Positions 1-11,679 of a stretch of 64,000 bases of DNA are shown one piece after another. The notes below the pieces were generated by a model. The model worked only from the letters and a program-made list of their open reading frames with translations. It did not search any database and had not been told where the DNA came from. Source of the stretch: Nitrospirales bacterium. GTDB taxonomy: Bacteria; Nitrospirota; Nitrospiria; Nitrospirales; UBA8639. The DNA is taken from the NCBI GenBank assembly GCA_965203295.1, contig CBDBCZ010000015.1:960001-1024000 (forward strand), in the 5' to 3' direction. Every line of letters starts with the position of its first letter. Position 1 is the stretch's first letter. The position numbers were made by a program, and so were the translations under genes.

Positions 1-3000
1 AATTGTTAGTTTTTTTGTCTCTAGCAAAGACTTTAAGCCAAAGTAACTTGCTACCATTTATCTGACCCTTCCCAACCTGTTTAGAAAAAGAGCTGGTTAT
101 TCAAAGGCCTGTTTAGTTTTGTTGATGTTAGCCTGAAGATTAGGAAAGAAGGATTTTATTGAAAATTGTTAGTTTTGTTGGTCTCTAGCAAAGACTTTAA
201 GCCAAAGTAACTAGCTACCATTTTTCTGACCCTTCCTAACTGTTTAGAAAAGAACTGGTTATTCAAAGGCCTGTTTAGTTTGAATGATATTAGTCAGATA
301 CATTACATGCTTAGGAAGTATCAATGTCGAAGAAAGGAACTGGTTATTCAAAGGCTTGTTTAGTTTGGTTGATGTTAGTGTGAAGATTAGGAAAGAAGGT
401 TTTATTTAAATTGTTAGTTTTTTTGTCTCTAGCAAAGACTTTAAGCCAAAGTACTTGCTACCATTTATCTGACCCTTCCCAACTGTTAGAAAAAGAGCTG
501 GTTATTCAAAGGCCTGTTTAGTTTTGTTGATGTTAGCCTGAAGATTAGGAAAGAAGGATTTTATTGAAAATTGTTAGTTTTGTTGGTCTCTAGCAAAGAC
601 TTTAAGCCAAAGTAACTAGCTACCATTTTTCTGACCCTTCCTAACTGTTTAGAAAGAACTGGTTATTCAAAGGCCTGTTTAGTTTTGTTGATGTTAGCCT
701 GAAGATTAGGAAAGAAGGATTTTATTGAAATTGTTAGTTTTGTTGGTCTCTAGCAAAGATTTTAAGCCAAAGTTACTAGCTACCATTGATCTGACCCTTC
801 CGAACTATTTAGAAAATGAGCTGGTTATTCAAAGGCTTGTTTTGTTTGAATGATATTAGTCAGTTACAATACATGCTTAGGAAATATCAATGTTCAAGAA
901 AGGAACTGGTTATTCAAAGGCTTGTTTAGTTTGGTTGATGTTAGTCTGAAGATTAGAAAGAAGGATTTTATTTTAAATTGTTAGTTTTTTTGTCTCTAGC
1001 AAAGACTTTAAGCCAAAGTAACTTTCTACCATTTATCTGACCCTTCCCAACTGTTTAGAAAAAGAGCTGGTTATTCAAAGGCCTGTTTAGTTTTGTTGAT
1101 GTTAGCCTGAAGATTAGGAAAGAAGGATTTTATTGAAAATTGTTAGTTTTGTTGGTCTCACGTAAAGACTTTCAGCCAAAGTAACTGGCTACCATTGATC
1201 TGACCCTTCCCAACTGTTTAGGAAAAGAACTGTTTATTCAAAGGCTTGTTTAGTTTGGTTGATGTTAGTCTGAAGATTAGGAAAAAAGGATTTTATTTAA
1301 AATTGTTAGTTTTTTTGTCTCTAGCAAAGACTTTAAGCCAAAGTAACTTGCAACCATTTATCTGACCCTTCCCAACTGTTTAGAAAAAGAGCTGGTTTTT
1401 CAAAGGCCTGTTTAGTTTTGTTGATGTTAGCCTGAAGATTAGGAAAGAAGGATTTTATTGAAAATTGTTAGTTTTGTTGGTCTCAGGCAAAGACTTTCAG
1501 CCAAAGTAACTGGCTACCATTGATCTGACCCTTCCCAACTGTTTTGGAAAAGAACTGGTTATTCAAAGCCTTGTTTAGTTTGAATGATGTTAGTCAAATA
1601 CAATACATCCTTAGGAAGTATCGATGTTCAAGAAAGGACTGGTTATTCAAAGGCTTGTTTAATTTGGTTGATGTTAGTCTGCAGATTAGGAAAGAAGGAT
1701 TTTATTGAAAATTGTTAGTTTTGTTGGTCTCTAGCAAAGACTTTAAGCCAAAGTAACTAGCTACCATTGATCTGACCCTTCCCAACTGTTTAGGAAAAGA
1801 ACTGGTTATTCAAAGGCTTGTTTAGTTTGAATGATGTTAGTCTGAATATTAGGAAAGAAGGATTTTATTGAAAATTGTTAGTTTTGTTGGTCTCACGTAA
1901 AGACTTTCAGCCAAAGTAACTGGCTACCATTGATCTGACCCTTCCCAACTGTTTAGGAAAAGAACTGGTTATTCAAAGGCCTATTTAGTTTGGTTGATGT
2001 TAGTCTGAAGATTAGGAAAAAAGGATTTTATTTAAATTGTTAGTTTTTTTGTCTCTAGCAAAGACTTTAAGCCAAAGTAACTAGCTACCATTGATCTGAC
2101 CCTTCCCAACTGGTTAGGAAACGAACTGGTTATTCAAATGCTAGTTTAGTTTGAATGATGTTAGTCAAATACAATACATCCTTAGGAAGTATCGATGTTC
2201 AAGAAAGGAACTGGTTATTCAAAGGCTTGTTTAATTTGGTTGATGTTAGTCTGCAGATTAGGAAAGAAGGATTTTATTGAAAATTGTTAGTTTTGTTGGT
2301 CTCTAGCAAAGACTTTAAGCAAAGTAACTAGCTACCATTGATTAGGAAAGAAGGATTTTATTGAAAATTGTTAGTTTTGTTGGTCTCTAGCAAAGACTTT
2401 AAGCCAAAGTAACTAGCTACCATTGATCTGACCCTTCCCCAACTGTTTAGGAAAAGAACTTGTTATTCAAAGGCTTGTTTAGTTTGAATTATGTTAGTCT
2501 GAAGATTAGGAAAGAAGGATTTTATTGAAAATTGATAGTTTTGTTGGTCTCTAGCAAAGACTTTAAGCCAAAGTAACTAGCTACCATTGATCTGACCCTT
2601 CCCAACTGTTTATAAAAAGAGCTGGTTATTCAAAGGCTAGTTTAGTTTGAATGATGTTAGTCAAATACAATAATCCTTAGGAAGTATCGATGTTCAAGAA
2701 AGGAACTGGTTATTCAAAGGCTTGTTTAGTTTGGTTGATGTTAGTCTGCAGATTAGGAAAGAAGTATTTTAATGAAAATTATTAGTTTTGTTGGTCTCTA
2801 GCAAAGACTTTAAGCCAAAGTACTAGCTACCTTTGATCTGACCCTTCCCAACTGTTTAGAAAAAGAGCTGGTTATTCAAAAGCTTGTTTAGTTTGAATGA
2901 TGTTAGTCAGATACAATACACGCTTAGGAAATATCGATGTTCAAGAAAGGAACTGGTTATCAAAGGCTTGTTTAGTTTGGTTGATGTAAGTCTGAAGATT

Positions 3001-5704
3001 AGGAAAGAAGAATTTTATTGAAAATTGTTAGTTGTGTTGGTCTCAGGCAAAGACTTTCATTCTTGTTTAGTTTGAATGATGTTAGTCAGATACAATACAT
3101 GCTTAGGAAGTATCGATGTTCAAGAAAGGAACTGGTTATTCAAAGTCTTGTTTAGTTTGCTTGATGTTAGTGTGCAGATTAGGAAAGAAGTATTTTATAG
3201 AAAATCGTTATTTTTGTTGGTCTCTAGCAAAGACTTTGAGCCAAAGTAACTAGCTACCATTGATCTGACCCTTCCCAACTGTTTAGGAAAAGAACTGGTT
3301 ATTCAAAGGCTTGATTAGTTTTAATGATGTTACCCGGATATAATACATGTTTATGAAGTGTCGATGTTCAAGAAAGGAACTGTTATTCAAAGGCTTGTTT
3401 AGTTTGGTTGATGTTAGTCTGTAGATTAGGAAAGAAGGATTTTATTGAAAATTGTTAGTTTTGTTGGTCTCAGGCAAAGACTTTCAGCCAAAGTAACTAG
3501 CTACCATTGATCTGACCCTTCCTAACTGTTTAGGAAAAGAACTGGTTATGCAAAGGCTTGTTTAGTTTGAATGATGTTAGTCTGAAGATTAGGAAAGAAG
3601 GATTTTATTGAAAATTGTTAGTTTTGTTTGTCTCTAGCAAAGACTTTAAGCCAAGTAACTAGCTACCATTTATCTGACCCTTCCCAACTGTTTAGAAAAA
3701 GAACTGGTTATTCAGAGGCCTGTTTAGTTTGAATGATGTTAGTCAGATACAATACACGCTTAGAAAGTATCGATGTTCAAGAAAGGAACTGGTTATTCAA
3801 AGGCTTGTTTAGTTTGGTTGATGTTAGTCTGAAGATTAGGAAAGAAGGATTTTATTGAAAATTGTTATTTTTATTGGTCTCAGGCAAAGACTTTCAGCCA
3901 AAGTAACTGGCTACCATTGATCTGACCCTTCCCAACTGTTTAGGAAAAGAACTGGTTATTCAAAGGCTTGTTTAGTTTGAATGATGTTAGTCAGATACAA
4001 TACATGCTTAGGAAGTATCGATGTTCAAGAAAGGAACTGGTTATTCAAAGGCTTAATTAGTTTTAATGATGTTAGTCGGATACAATACATGTTTAGGAAG
4101 TGTCGATGTTCAAGAAAGGACTGGTTATTCAAAGGCTTGTTTAGTTTGAATGATGTTAGTCTGAAGATTAGGAAAGAAGGATTTTATTGAAAATTGTTAG
4201 TTTTGTTGGTCTCTAGCAAAGACTTTAAGCCAAAGTAACTAGCTACCATTGATCTGACCCTTCCCAACTGTTTAGGAGATGAACTGGTTATTCAAAGGCT
4301 TGTTTAGTTTGAATGCTGTTAGTCTGAAGATTAGGAAAGAAGGATTTTATTGAAAATTATTAGTTTTGTTGGTCTCTTGCAAAGACTTTAAGCCAAAGTA
4401 ACTAGCTACCATTTATCTGACCCTTCCCAACTGTTTAGAAAAAGAACTGGTTATTCAAAGGCCTGTTTAGTTTGAATGATGTTAGTCAGATACAATACAC
4501 GCTTAGGAAGTATCGATGTTCAAGAAAGGAACTGGTTATTCAAAGGCTTGGTTGATGTTAGTCTGAAGATTAGGAAAGAAGGATTTTATTAAAAATTGTT
4601 AGTTTTGTTGGTCTCAGGCAAAGACTTTCAGCCAAAGTAACTGGCTACCATTGATCTGACCCTTCCCAACTGTTTAGGAAAAGAACTTGTTATTCAAAGG
4701 CTTGTTTAGTTTGAATAATGTTAGTCTGAAGATTAGGAAAGAAGGATTTTATTGAAAATTGTTAGTTTTGTTGGTCTCTAGCAAAGACTTTAAGTCAAAG
4801 TAACTAGCTACCATTTATCTGACCCTTCCCAACTGTTTAGAAAAAAGAACTGGTTATTCAAAGGCCTGTTTAGTTTGAATGATGTTAGTTAGATACCATA
4901 CACGCTTAGGAAGTATCGATGTTCAAGAAAGGAACTGGTTATTCAAAGGCTTGGTTGATGTTAGTCTGAAGATTAGGAAAGAAGGATTTTATTGAAAATT
5001 GTTAGTTTTGTTGGTCTCAGGCAAAGACTTTCAGCCAAAGTAACTGGCTACCATTGATCTGACCCTTTCCAACTGTTTAGGAAAAGAACTTGTTATTCAA
5101 AGGCTTGTTTAGTTTGAATGATGTTAGTCAGATACAATACATGCTTAGGAAGTATCGCTGTTCAAGAAAGGAACTGGTTATTCAAAGGCTTGATTAGTTT
5201 TAATGATATTAGTCGGATACAATACATGTTTAGGAAGTGTCGATGTTCAAGAAAGGAACTGGTTATTCAAAGGCTTGTTTAGTTTGGTTGATGTTAGTCT
5301 GAAGATCAGGAAAGAATGATTTTAATGAAAATTGTTAGTTTTGTTGGTCTCAGGCAAAGACTTTCAGCCAAAGTAACTAGCTACCATTTATCTGACCCTT
5401 CCTAACTGTTTAGGAAAAGAACTGGTTATTCAAAGGCTTGTTTAGTTTGAATGATGTTAGTCTGAAGATTAGGAAAGAAGGATTTTATTGAAAATTGTTA
5501 GTTTTGTTGGTCTCTAGCAAAGACTTTAAGCCAAAGTAACTATCTACCATTTATCTGACCCTTCCCAGCTGTTTAGAAAAAGAACTGGTTATTCAAAGGC
5601 TAGTTTAAGGCAAAGAATTTCAGCCAAAGTAACAGGCTACCATTGATCTGACTCTTCCTAACTGTTTAGGAAAAGAACTGGTTTAAGATTCAATAGCTCG
5701 TTTA
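1..5704 (+). repeat. Composite satellite array, left arm (163-bp A and 85-bp B monomers)
   Basis: Core GGTTATTCAAAGGCTTGTTTAGTTTG recurs at 163-bp (1641->1804) or 85-bp (3954->4039) spacing; runs off the window start. Confidence 0.98.
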
Positions 5705-5865
5705 CAGACTCATCCACCCAACTCATGTCATGAAGATTGTTGAAATTGCCCCCCCCTGAGGGGTGGCTCTGGAAGGGAGCTCCGCCATCTACATGATACA
5801 GCACAGCACCAGAACACCATGTTTGAATGGCGAAGGTCCAGCCAAGAAACTGCAGTATTGCTGTG
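5705..5865 (+). mobile_element. BEL/Pao gag remnant (duplicate of 20093-20255), truncated by the satellite junction
   Basis: Near-identical to the 3' part of the gag-like segment at 20093 onward (CAGACTCATCCAC...GAAATTGCCCCCC...). Confidence 0.8.
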
Positions 5866-5980
5866 AGATTACGGCCTGTGAGTTGCAGGAGCATGTGCAT
5901 GCATATACATATACGTATATGTAGTTGCCTTTGGCTGCTGATTGTGAAAGCTGACCCTTCTTACCCTCTCCCCGTTCAAG

Positions 5981-7702
5981 GATGATCTACCTGGGAGAAA
6001 ATTTCAGTGGCTTTGTTACCGTGCGCAACGACAGCCAGGAGGTGGTGAAGGAAACCATCTTTAAGGTAGGTTGCAGCAGAGCCAAGGAGTGAGCGTCTGT
6101 ACAAAATGTCATGTAACAGACAGAACTATGTACGTATATGATCTCTGTCTGGTCTTGCAGTCACCAAGTAATTAAAGCTACATAGTGTCGTGTCGTATTG
6201 CCAGTTTTATTTTCATGACCATAAAATATCGGTGTGGGAAGGCTTAGTTGCGACCCTAGCAATATTAGGACAAATTATGCATGTAATGCATAGGTATAGG
6301 AGATGGCTGACTCTGTCTGTACTGAAGTTTTGTGTCTGAAGGCCATACAGATCTGCTCCGTTTATATTCCTTATAAGGACAAGTCACAAATGTCTATCGC
6401 TAATTGCTGCTATAGTTACTGCTCACTGCAGCACTTATCTTGAACTTGGCAGTGTGTATAGTAGTTGCGTCTTCACATTGTACAGGTGGAACTATTGACT
6501 CCTTCCAGCTGGACCCGGGGGGAGTTGTTAAGAGCGAATCATAGCGCATGAAGTAAAGGAACTGGGAGAGCACAGGTAAGAGATATACGTAGCCTTGATT
6601 CGAAGCTATAAGAGATACACATAACTGTCTATGTAGGTAATGAGAGAGTGTATATGCATTGAAGGGAATGGGTGGGTGAGAACATCAACATAGAAGTATG
6701 TTATGTAGCTTCATATGTGACTTACGTTATTTGGACGTGGATCTATGTCACATTCACCTGTAAAGGATATCTCCACTGTCCCTCCAGTGTTAGGCACGGC
6801 CTCAAATGCTTTTTGTTTGTGAAGTCGCATGCAACACGCCTTTCAAAACCCTCATATAGCGGTTTTTAAAGTACCAATCTCTTGATTTCCTCAACGTTAT
6901 ATATTACTACAGCCTCATCTGTACTTCCACCTGCACTGTGCACTCCACAAGAGAAGAACATTTCCTTCGCAAATTTTTCAAGTTCAATGTAAGCATTTTA
7001 CTGTTCAATGTAAGCATTTTACTGTAAATAGTAAAGCCATGAGTGTAACTTCGGCATTGATTGTAAGCTGTATTCAGTCCATTGCTGACAGTGTGCTAAA
7101 TTATGGTCTTGTGTCTCTCTCAAATACAGGTTGCTAAACCACTTGATGTAAAGACGAAGTTTTTTAACATAGAGGTATGTACAGAGGTGTGATAAGAGCA
7201 TTAGCAAAATGTTCTACGTGTGTAGGGGAATTTATGTCTGTCAGGTAGCTGAAATTCTATAACCAGCCAGAGCGTGAACAATGGACACAGGGACTGTGCA
7301 GAATAGTTACAAAGTACCTGTAGTTGATCACTGATCTGCTTGTTGAGTTGTCAGTAGATCTACATGTACTATGTACTATAGACGAAATCAAACACCCTGC
7401 TTCATTAACAGACCATCTCAAGAAATTGTATAAAGTACACTAACCCTGTTCCCATTGTAGCTTGTAGCCCCCACACTATGTATTTTCTGAGTGCCTGGGA
7501 ATGAGGCCACGTCATTATGTACGTAGTTGATGGCTTGTGAATGATGAACTGCATAATAAACCACGCAGGATGATATTCTTCTTCTTCAAGTTCAGATCCA
7601 GAACACCACTACAGGTCCAATGTACTCAGAAGTTGTAAAGTTTGACCCTGCTGCGGGCTTTGAAGCTGTTAATCTCAACAAGCTTGAAAATAGAGATAAA
7701 GA
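5981..7702 (+). pseudogene. TRAPPC13: TRAPPC13 (trafficking protein particle complex subunit 13) partial unprocessed copy A, five internal exons
   Basis: AG/GT-bounded exons: 5981-6065 MIYLGENFSGFVTVRNDSQEVVKETIFK; 6486-6575 VELLTPS/..RIIAHEVKELGEH (deletion, frameshift, stop); 6913-6988 LICTSTCTVHSTREEHFLRKFFKFN; 7130-7174 VAKPLDVKTKFFNIE; 7569-7702 DDILLLQVQIQNTTTGPMYSEVVKFDP. These match recalled TRAPPC13 motifs IFLGETF, HEVKEIGTH, RKFFKFQVLKPLDVKTKF and LEAQIQN. Confidence 0.9.
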
Positions 7703-8948
7703 GTAAGTCCATTTGAAATGTAAAAAACTGATGCTAACAGAGGTATAAGAATACATTTGGTTCTGTGTGCGCCTGTGCGTGTGTAACGGATGTGACGTCC
7801 ACTAATAAACCATGATTGCACGATACTGTAAGTGTAAACCGTGCACAGCTGTAACTGCTATGCTAGACGTGCATAAAATAAAGTCAGTGCCGTTCATCTA
7901 CATGTACATGCAGGCTGAAAGATTCCCCGGAACTACTTGAGTCTGAAAGACTTATGCTAGTTGGTAGGTTGTGCTATGTTTGTGTATATAATATTAAACC
8001 GATCTATTCTGGGAGCACTATTTGTAGTTTTTACCACCCAGATAAACATGAAGTGCACCCCAGCTGGTACTAAGTTATAGTTGTCGTGGACTTTGCCCAG
8101 GACAGCTATATTTTGTTTCTTTTTTTGTGGAAAACTATTTCAGAAGCTTCTGGGAGAGTGTACAAACCATACTACATTAGCTACTACGTATGTGTGAATT
8201 AAGCAATTTAATGCACACTCATGTGATCGATTTTGAGACTTCTGATCTGTTGAAGGTCACATGAGTAGAATTAAGTGTTGCTTATGGTCGGAAAATAGTA
8301 CAGACATGTATTATGGCAAGATAGCCACTATGGACAGAATTTGTAATTTGCTGAAACACTTAACTTCGTCTAGTGTAGCAATATGTACATTGATTGTATC
8401 ATTGTAACTTAGAACATTCTTGTAACTCATGCCATGAGCCTTGGGACCATTACTAAAAGTGTCTCATGTATTGCTGGTTTACCTGGAACAGTCTCCTGAT
8501 TACTGGTAAAAGTGTCTAGGGGATGGTTTAGCTATAACATATTGTGTATATATAGTAACACATTTGATTATTTCTGTGTAGGTTGGAAGTGAAATGAACA
8601 TGTCAGATACATGTGCCTTTATCATCTGATAAGTGATATTGTTTTACCTATGTTCTTTTATTGCTGTAGTTGAATGCTGTATGTGAATGCTTTCTATGTA
8701 TGTTGTTACCTGTCACTTGGACACAAGAGTTTAGAAGTAAAATACGGGCATGCCAGGCACTAATTGCATTCATGCAGGGTTAGGGATGGGGTTGTAGAAT
8801 CAAGCTCTGTTGTGTCATTGCTACCTTGTTTGGTTACTTTTTTGCGATTCCATCCCTACATGCTCTTTCATTTTTAAATGATTTCTTTCAAACTTTTATT
8901 ATTCAGTGTGCTATAATGCTACAAAACATTTACTACCATCTCAATGGT

Positions 8949-9046
8949 TAGTCTCGGTACCAGCCCACCTATCAAGTCGGAGATCGCTTAGTGGCGGGAT
9001 ACTGTAAGCGATCTCCGACTTGATAGGTGGGCTGGTACCGAGACTA
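8949..9046. mobile_element. 98-bp hairpin MITE, TAGTCTCG...CGAGACTA termini, 9-bp TSD
   Basis: Perfect 42-bp inverted arms (8949-8990 / 9005-9046) with a 14-nt spacer; flanks CTCAATGGT (8940-8948) / CTCGATGGT (9047-9055). Confidence 0.88.
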
Positions 9047-9156
9047 CTCGATGGTATACATCCCACCATCCAGTTCACAGTTGAAGAGAAGGAAAAGGTA
9101 CTCCTGTTTCTGAATACCAAATCTATTTGAGAATAAATAAGAATACTGGGCATAAC

Positions 9157-9220
9157 TAGCCTTGTACCCAGGCCTTCCCCTCACTTTCGCGAGTGCAGGG
9201 AAGGCCTAGGTATGAGGCTA
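9157..9220. mobile_element. 64-bp hairpin MITE, TAGCCT..G...GAGGCTA termini
   Basis: Imperfect palindrome TAGCCTTGTACCCAGGCCTTCCC...GGGAAGGCCTAGGTATGAGGCTA; degenerate flank duplication GGGCATAAC/GGGCTTCCC. Confidence 0.7.
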
Positions 9221-9621
9221 GGGCTTCCCTTCTAGGAGCTGAGTAGGCTAGACTAATCCCGAAGACTTTGAATTCTTTGCTTTTGGTTTGGCCTGTAGCT
9301 ACTGTATTGATGTCTGCCCTGATGAAGACAGCAGCACAGCAGTTAAAAAGTCAGCATTCCTTTGACAATGAAAGTTTTGAGACGCCAAATTCATGGTTGG
9401 TGGAAAGAGAACTCCGATCAATATATAAATGCTACCTGGCTTATCGTTGAGACTGCTTGGTTATGATGGGTTATAGTACTCTACTGTCTATGTTTGTAAA
9501 TAATATTCCCTTAGAGCATGGAACCTAAATCTTTGGAAGCCCTTCTATCAACATAGCAATAACTGCTATCTAATGCTGGTTAAGGAATCTGGTTCATAGT
9601 ATTAGTACTATTATAGGAAGA

Positions 9622-9660
9622 TAGTCTCGTGAGTCAGCCCCTCGCTGGCTCGCGAGACTA
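9622..9660. mobile_element. 39-bp hairpin MITE, TAGTCTCG...CGAGACTA
   Basis: TAGTCTCGTGAGTCAGC-CCCTC-GCTGGCTCGCGAGACTA; flanks ATAGGAAGA / TGAGGAAGA. Confidence 0.78.
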
Positions 9661-9830
9661 TGAGGAAGACAGGTATCAGTGACATGCCTTTGCTAATCTT
9701 AACAAGTTTCTTCACAACCAAGTGCCAAAAAGAGAACCTGAGCAATTACTTTACTAACCTTTAAGCAGGTGATCTGTAGTTTGGCAACTCTAGCTGAGAT
9801 GCTGATAACAGAATGAGAATTGTACATACA

Positions 9831-9948
9831 TAGCGGTACGGGATCCCCGTACCGCTAGCGAAATAGGGCCCGTGGGGGTCCTCACATCGCTAGCGTTTTT
9901 GGGACGGGGCCCCATATCGCGGGGGTCCCCAAATCGCGCTTACACCGG
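9831..9948. mobile_element. GC-rich palindromic repeat, probable terminus of a non-autonomous DNA transposon (ends ...ACACCGG)
   Basis: 12-bp perfect hairpin TAGCGGTACGGG-ATC-CCCGTACCGCTA and reiterated GGGGTCC/GGGGCCCC..ATCGC motifs; no matching opposite end found. Confidence 0.45.
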
Positions 9949-10420
9949 CGCCAGATTCTATATGCGCTTAGTGGGCGGGGCTGAGATCATAAATGCAATA
10001 ACCATGCATAACCATTGGTTATTGTAGCTATGCTGGGATTAACTACAAGCGCATATGCGCCACATGTGACTTCGTGCGCGGCGCGTAGCGCTGAGCGCTG
10101 CTGCGAGAACTCGGAACTACATGGAGCTCGCGAAGAGCTAGCTACGCCAGACTGCGCTTATATCTACCTTTCAACCACAGCTGCGATATCTGAAAAGTGG
10201 GAGTGCGCCCATAATTTGCCTATGTCGAATGCCAGAGACAGTGCTGGAAAAATTCTGCCTGGACTGGTGAGCTATATGTTGTAGCTGCATGAGAACTAAG
10301 ATGACAGTAGGCATTCTGCCCTAGCAAGATTTCTCATCTTGCAACAAAAATCTTGCAAGATGGTAGGCATTAAAATCTTGTGTGAATTCTTGCTAGGCTC
10401 ATAGGGAAGTCCTGCAAGAT

Positions 10421-10441
10421 TAGCCTCGCGTATCGAGACTA
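10421..10441. mobile_element. 21-bp minimal TAG...CTA element with perfect 9-bp TSD
   Basis: CTGCAAGAT [TAGCCTCGCGTATCGAGACTA] CTGCAAGAT (10412-10420 / 10442-10450). Confidence 0.8.
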
Positions 10442-10711
10442 CTGCAAGATCTGGTGTAAGAACCTTGCAAAACGTTTGTCAGATTCCTCACAATTGTCTT
10501 ACATAAGTTTAGTAATTAATCGTAAAGAAAAATTGCAGGAATGACGTGTAATTATAGTAATACAAGTCAGAATATACATCGTAATAAAATACATGTAACG
10601 TTGCCTTATGATCCTGGCTATCTTGATTCCAGTTGCTCCGAATAACAATAGATATAATATATAATATTTCTATTAACTAGCAAGTGCATGTAACTACCAA
10701 AACCAGAGATT

Positions 10712-11098
10712 GCATTATATGCTTGCTCTAGTTTGGTGCTTACTATGGAAACATGTGTAGTACTATGAGTCACTTCTGTAGCTTTTGCGGAAAAGGAAAC
10801 ACTTTGTTTAATTACTAACACGCAATTACCTCGGATTGACTCTACTCTATGTAATAGGAAGTATTCTACAGTTTGTATTTCCCACATGAGCTGGTGTTTG
10901 GGTGATTTCTGCATTATATAGTTGCTCTGGCTTGGTGCTTTGTATGTGGACTTGTGTAGTGCTATGGGTCACTTTTGTAGTTTTTGCAAAAAAGGGGAAC
11001 AATTTATTACATTTTGAACATGCAGCTACCTTAGAATAACTCTACTGAATGTAATAAGAAGTAGTCTACAGCTTAATTTTCCCATATGAACTGGTTTG
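10712..11098 (+). repeat. Diverged tandem dimer, ~199-bp unit
   Basis: GCATTATAT..TTGCTCT..TTGGTGCTT...GTCACTT.TGTAG...CTCTACT...TGTAATA.GAAGTA.TCTACAG starts at 10712 and again at 10911. Confidence 0.75.
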
Positions 11099-11399
11099 CC
11101 AGCTAATTGTTTCACAGTTTGTAGAACAGACTATCACAGTTGCCCAGCAACCCTCATGTACCCTAGGGTATATGGATGTGTATACCCCGGCTTGAAAGGC
11201 ACTGCCAAAGTAGATGGGGTTTGTACACTGTGGTGGTGCCTTCCAAGTGACTAGAACTATGCAAATGTAGGTCTGTTGCTTTGCAGCTTGTGTGTATCCC
11301 AATGTAGCCCAACAAAAGCTTAGAGTAACACTGGAACTCTTGAAAGACCACCTCTATGGGTGACTTGTTGGTTTATAATTACTAAACAACATACTGATG

Positions 11400-11678
11400 T
11401 ATTAAAATGCACACATACATCGTGTGGAAGTTATTAAATTGTGCGTTTGACCAGTCGTCTGTTTGATTCAAAAACTGCGAACTAGACATTTCGCTATAGC
11501 CTTGTCACTTTCTTTGTACGTATATGCTCTTGTTTGTCCAGCTCTTAGCATTTACGTAACAGTAATCATGTGGCAACTGACTTGTTTAGCTCAGTTTCTC
11601 TTTGTAAATGTATGTACATACCCTCTTATGACCATACATATTCACTAGCACATCACAGAACCTTAAGTTTGAATGCTC
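11400..11678 (+). repeat. ~280-bp dispersed duplication, copy 1 (copy 2 at ~14185-14462)
   Basis: Shared text TATTAAAATGCACACATA...GACCAGTCGTCTGTTTGATTCAAAAACTGCGAACTAGACATT...CAGAACCTTAAGTTTG.ATGCTCA. Confidence 0.85.
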
Positions 11679-11679
11679 A

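Larger units (their letters stand above)
8925..9430 (+). mobile_element. Penelope-like retroelement remnant (RT fragment plus terminal-repeat-like segment)
   Basis: Removing the 8949-9046 insertion and one TSD copy restores YHLNGIHPTIQFTVEEKEKVLLFLNT, which resembles the Penelope RT motif HLNSIHPxIQFTxExE..LPFLD. A CTGATGAAGAC motif at 9319 is typical of Penelope terminal repeats. Confidence 0.7.

Noticed and set aside
1..900. Frequent single-base indels as a distinct monomer subfamily
   Set aside because: Mostly in homopolymers and may be consensus/sequencing error; needs reads.
7913..7963. Further TRAPPC13 exon (LKDSPELLESERLMLV)
   Set aside because: It has AG/GT borders but I cannot align it confidently to the family.
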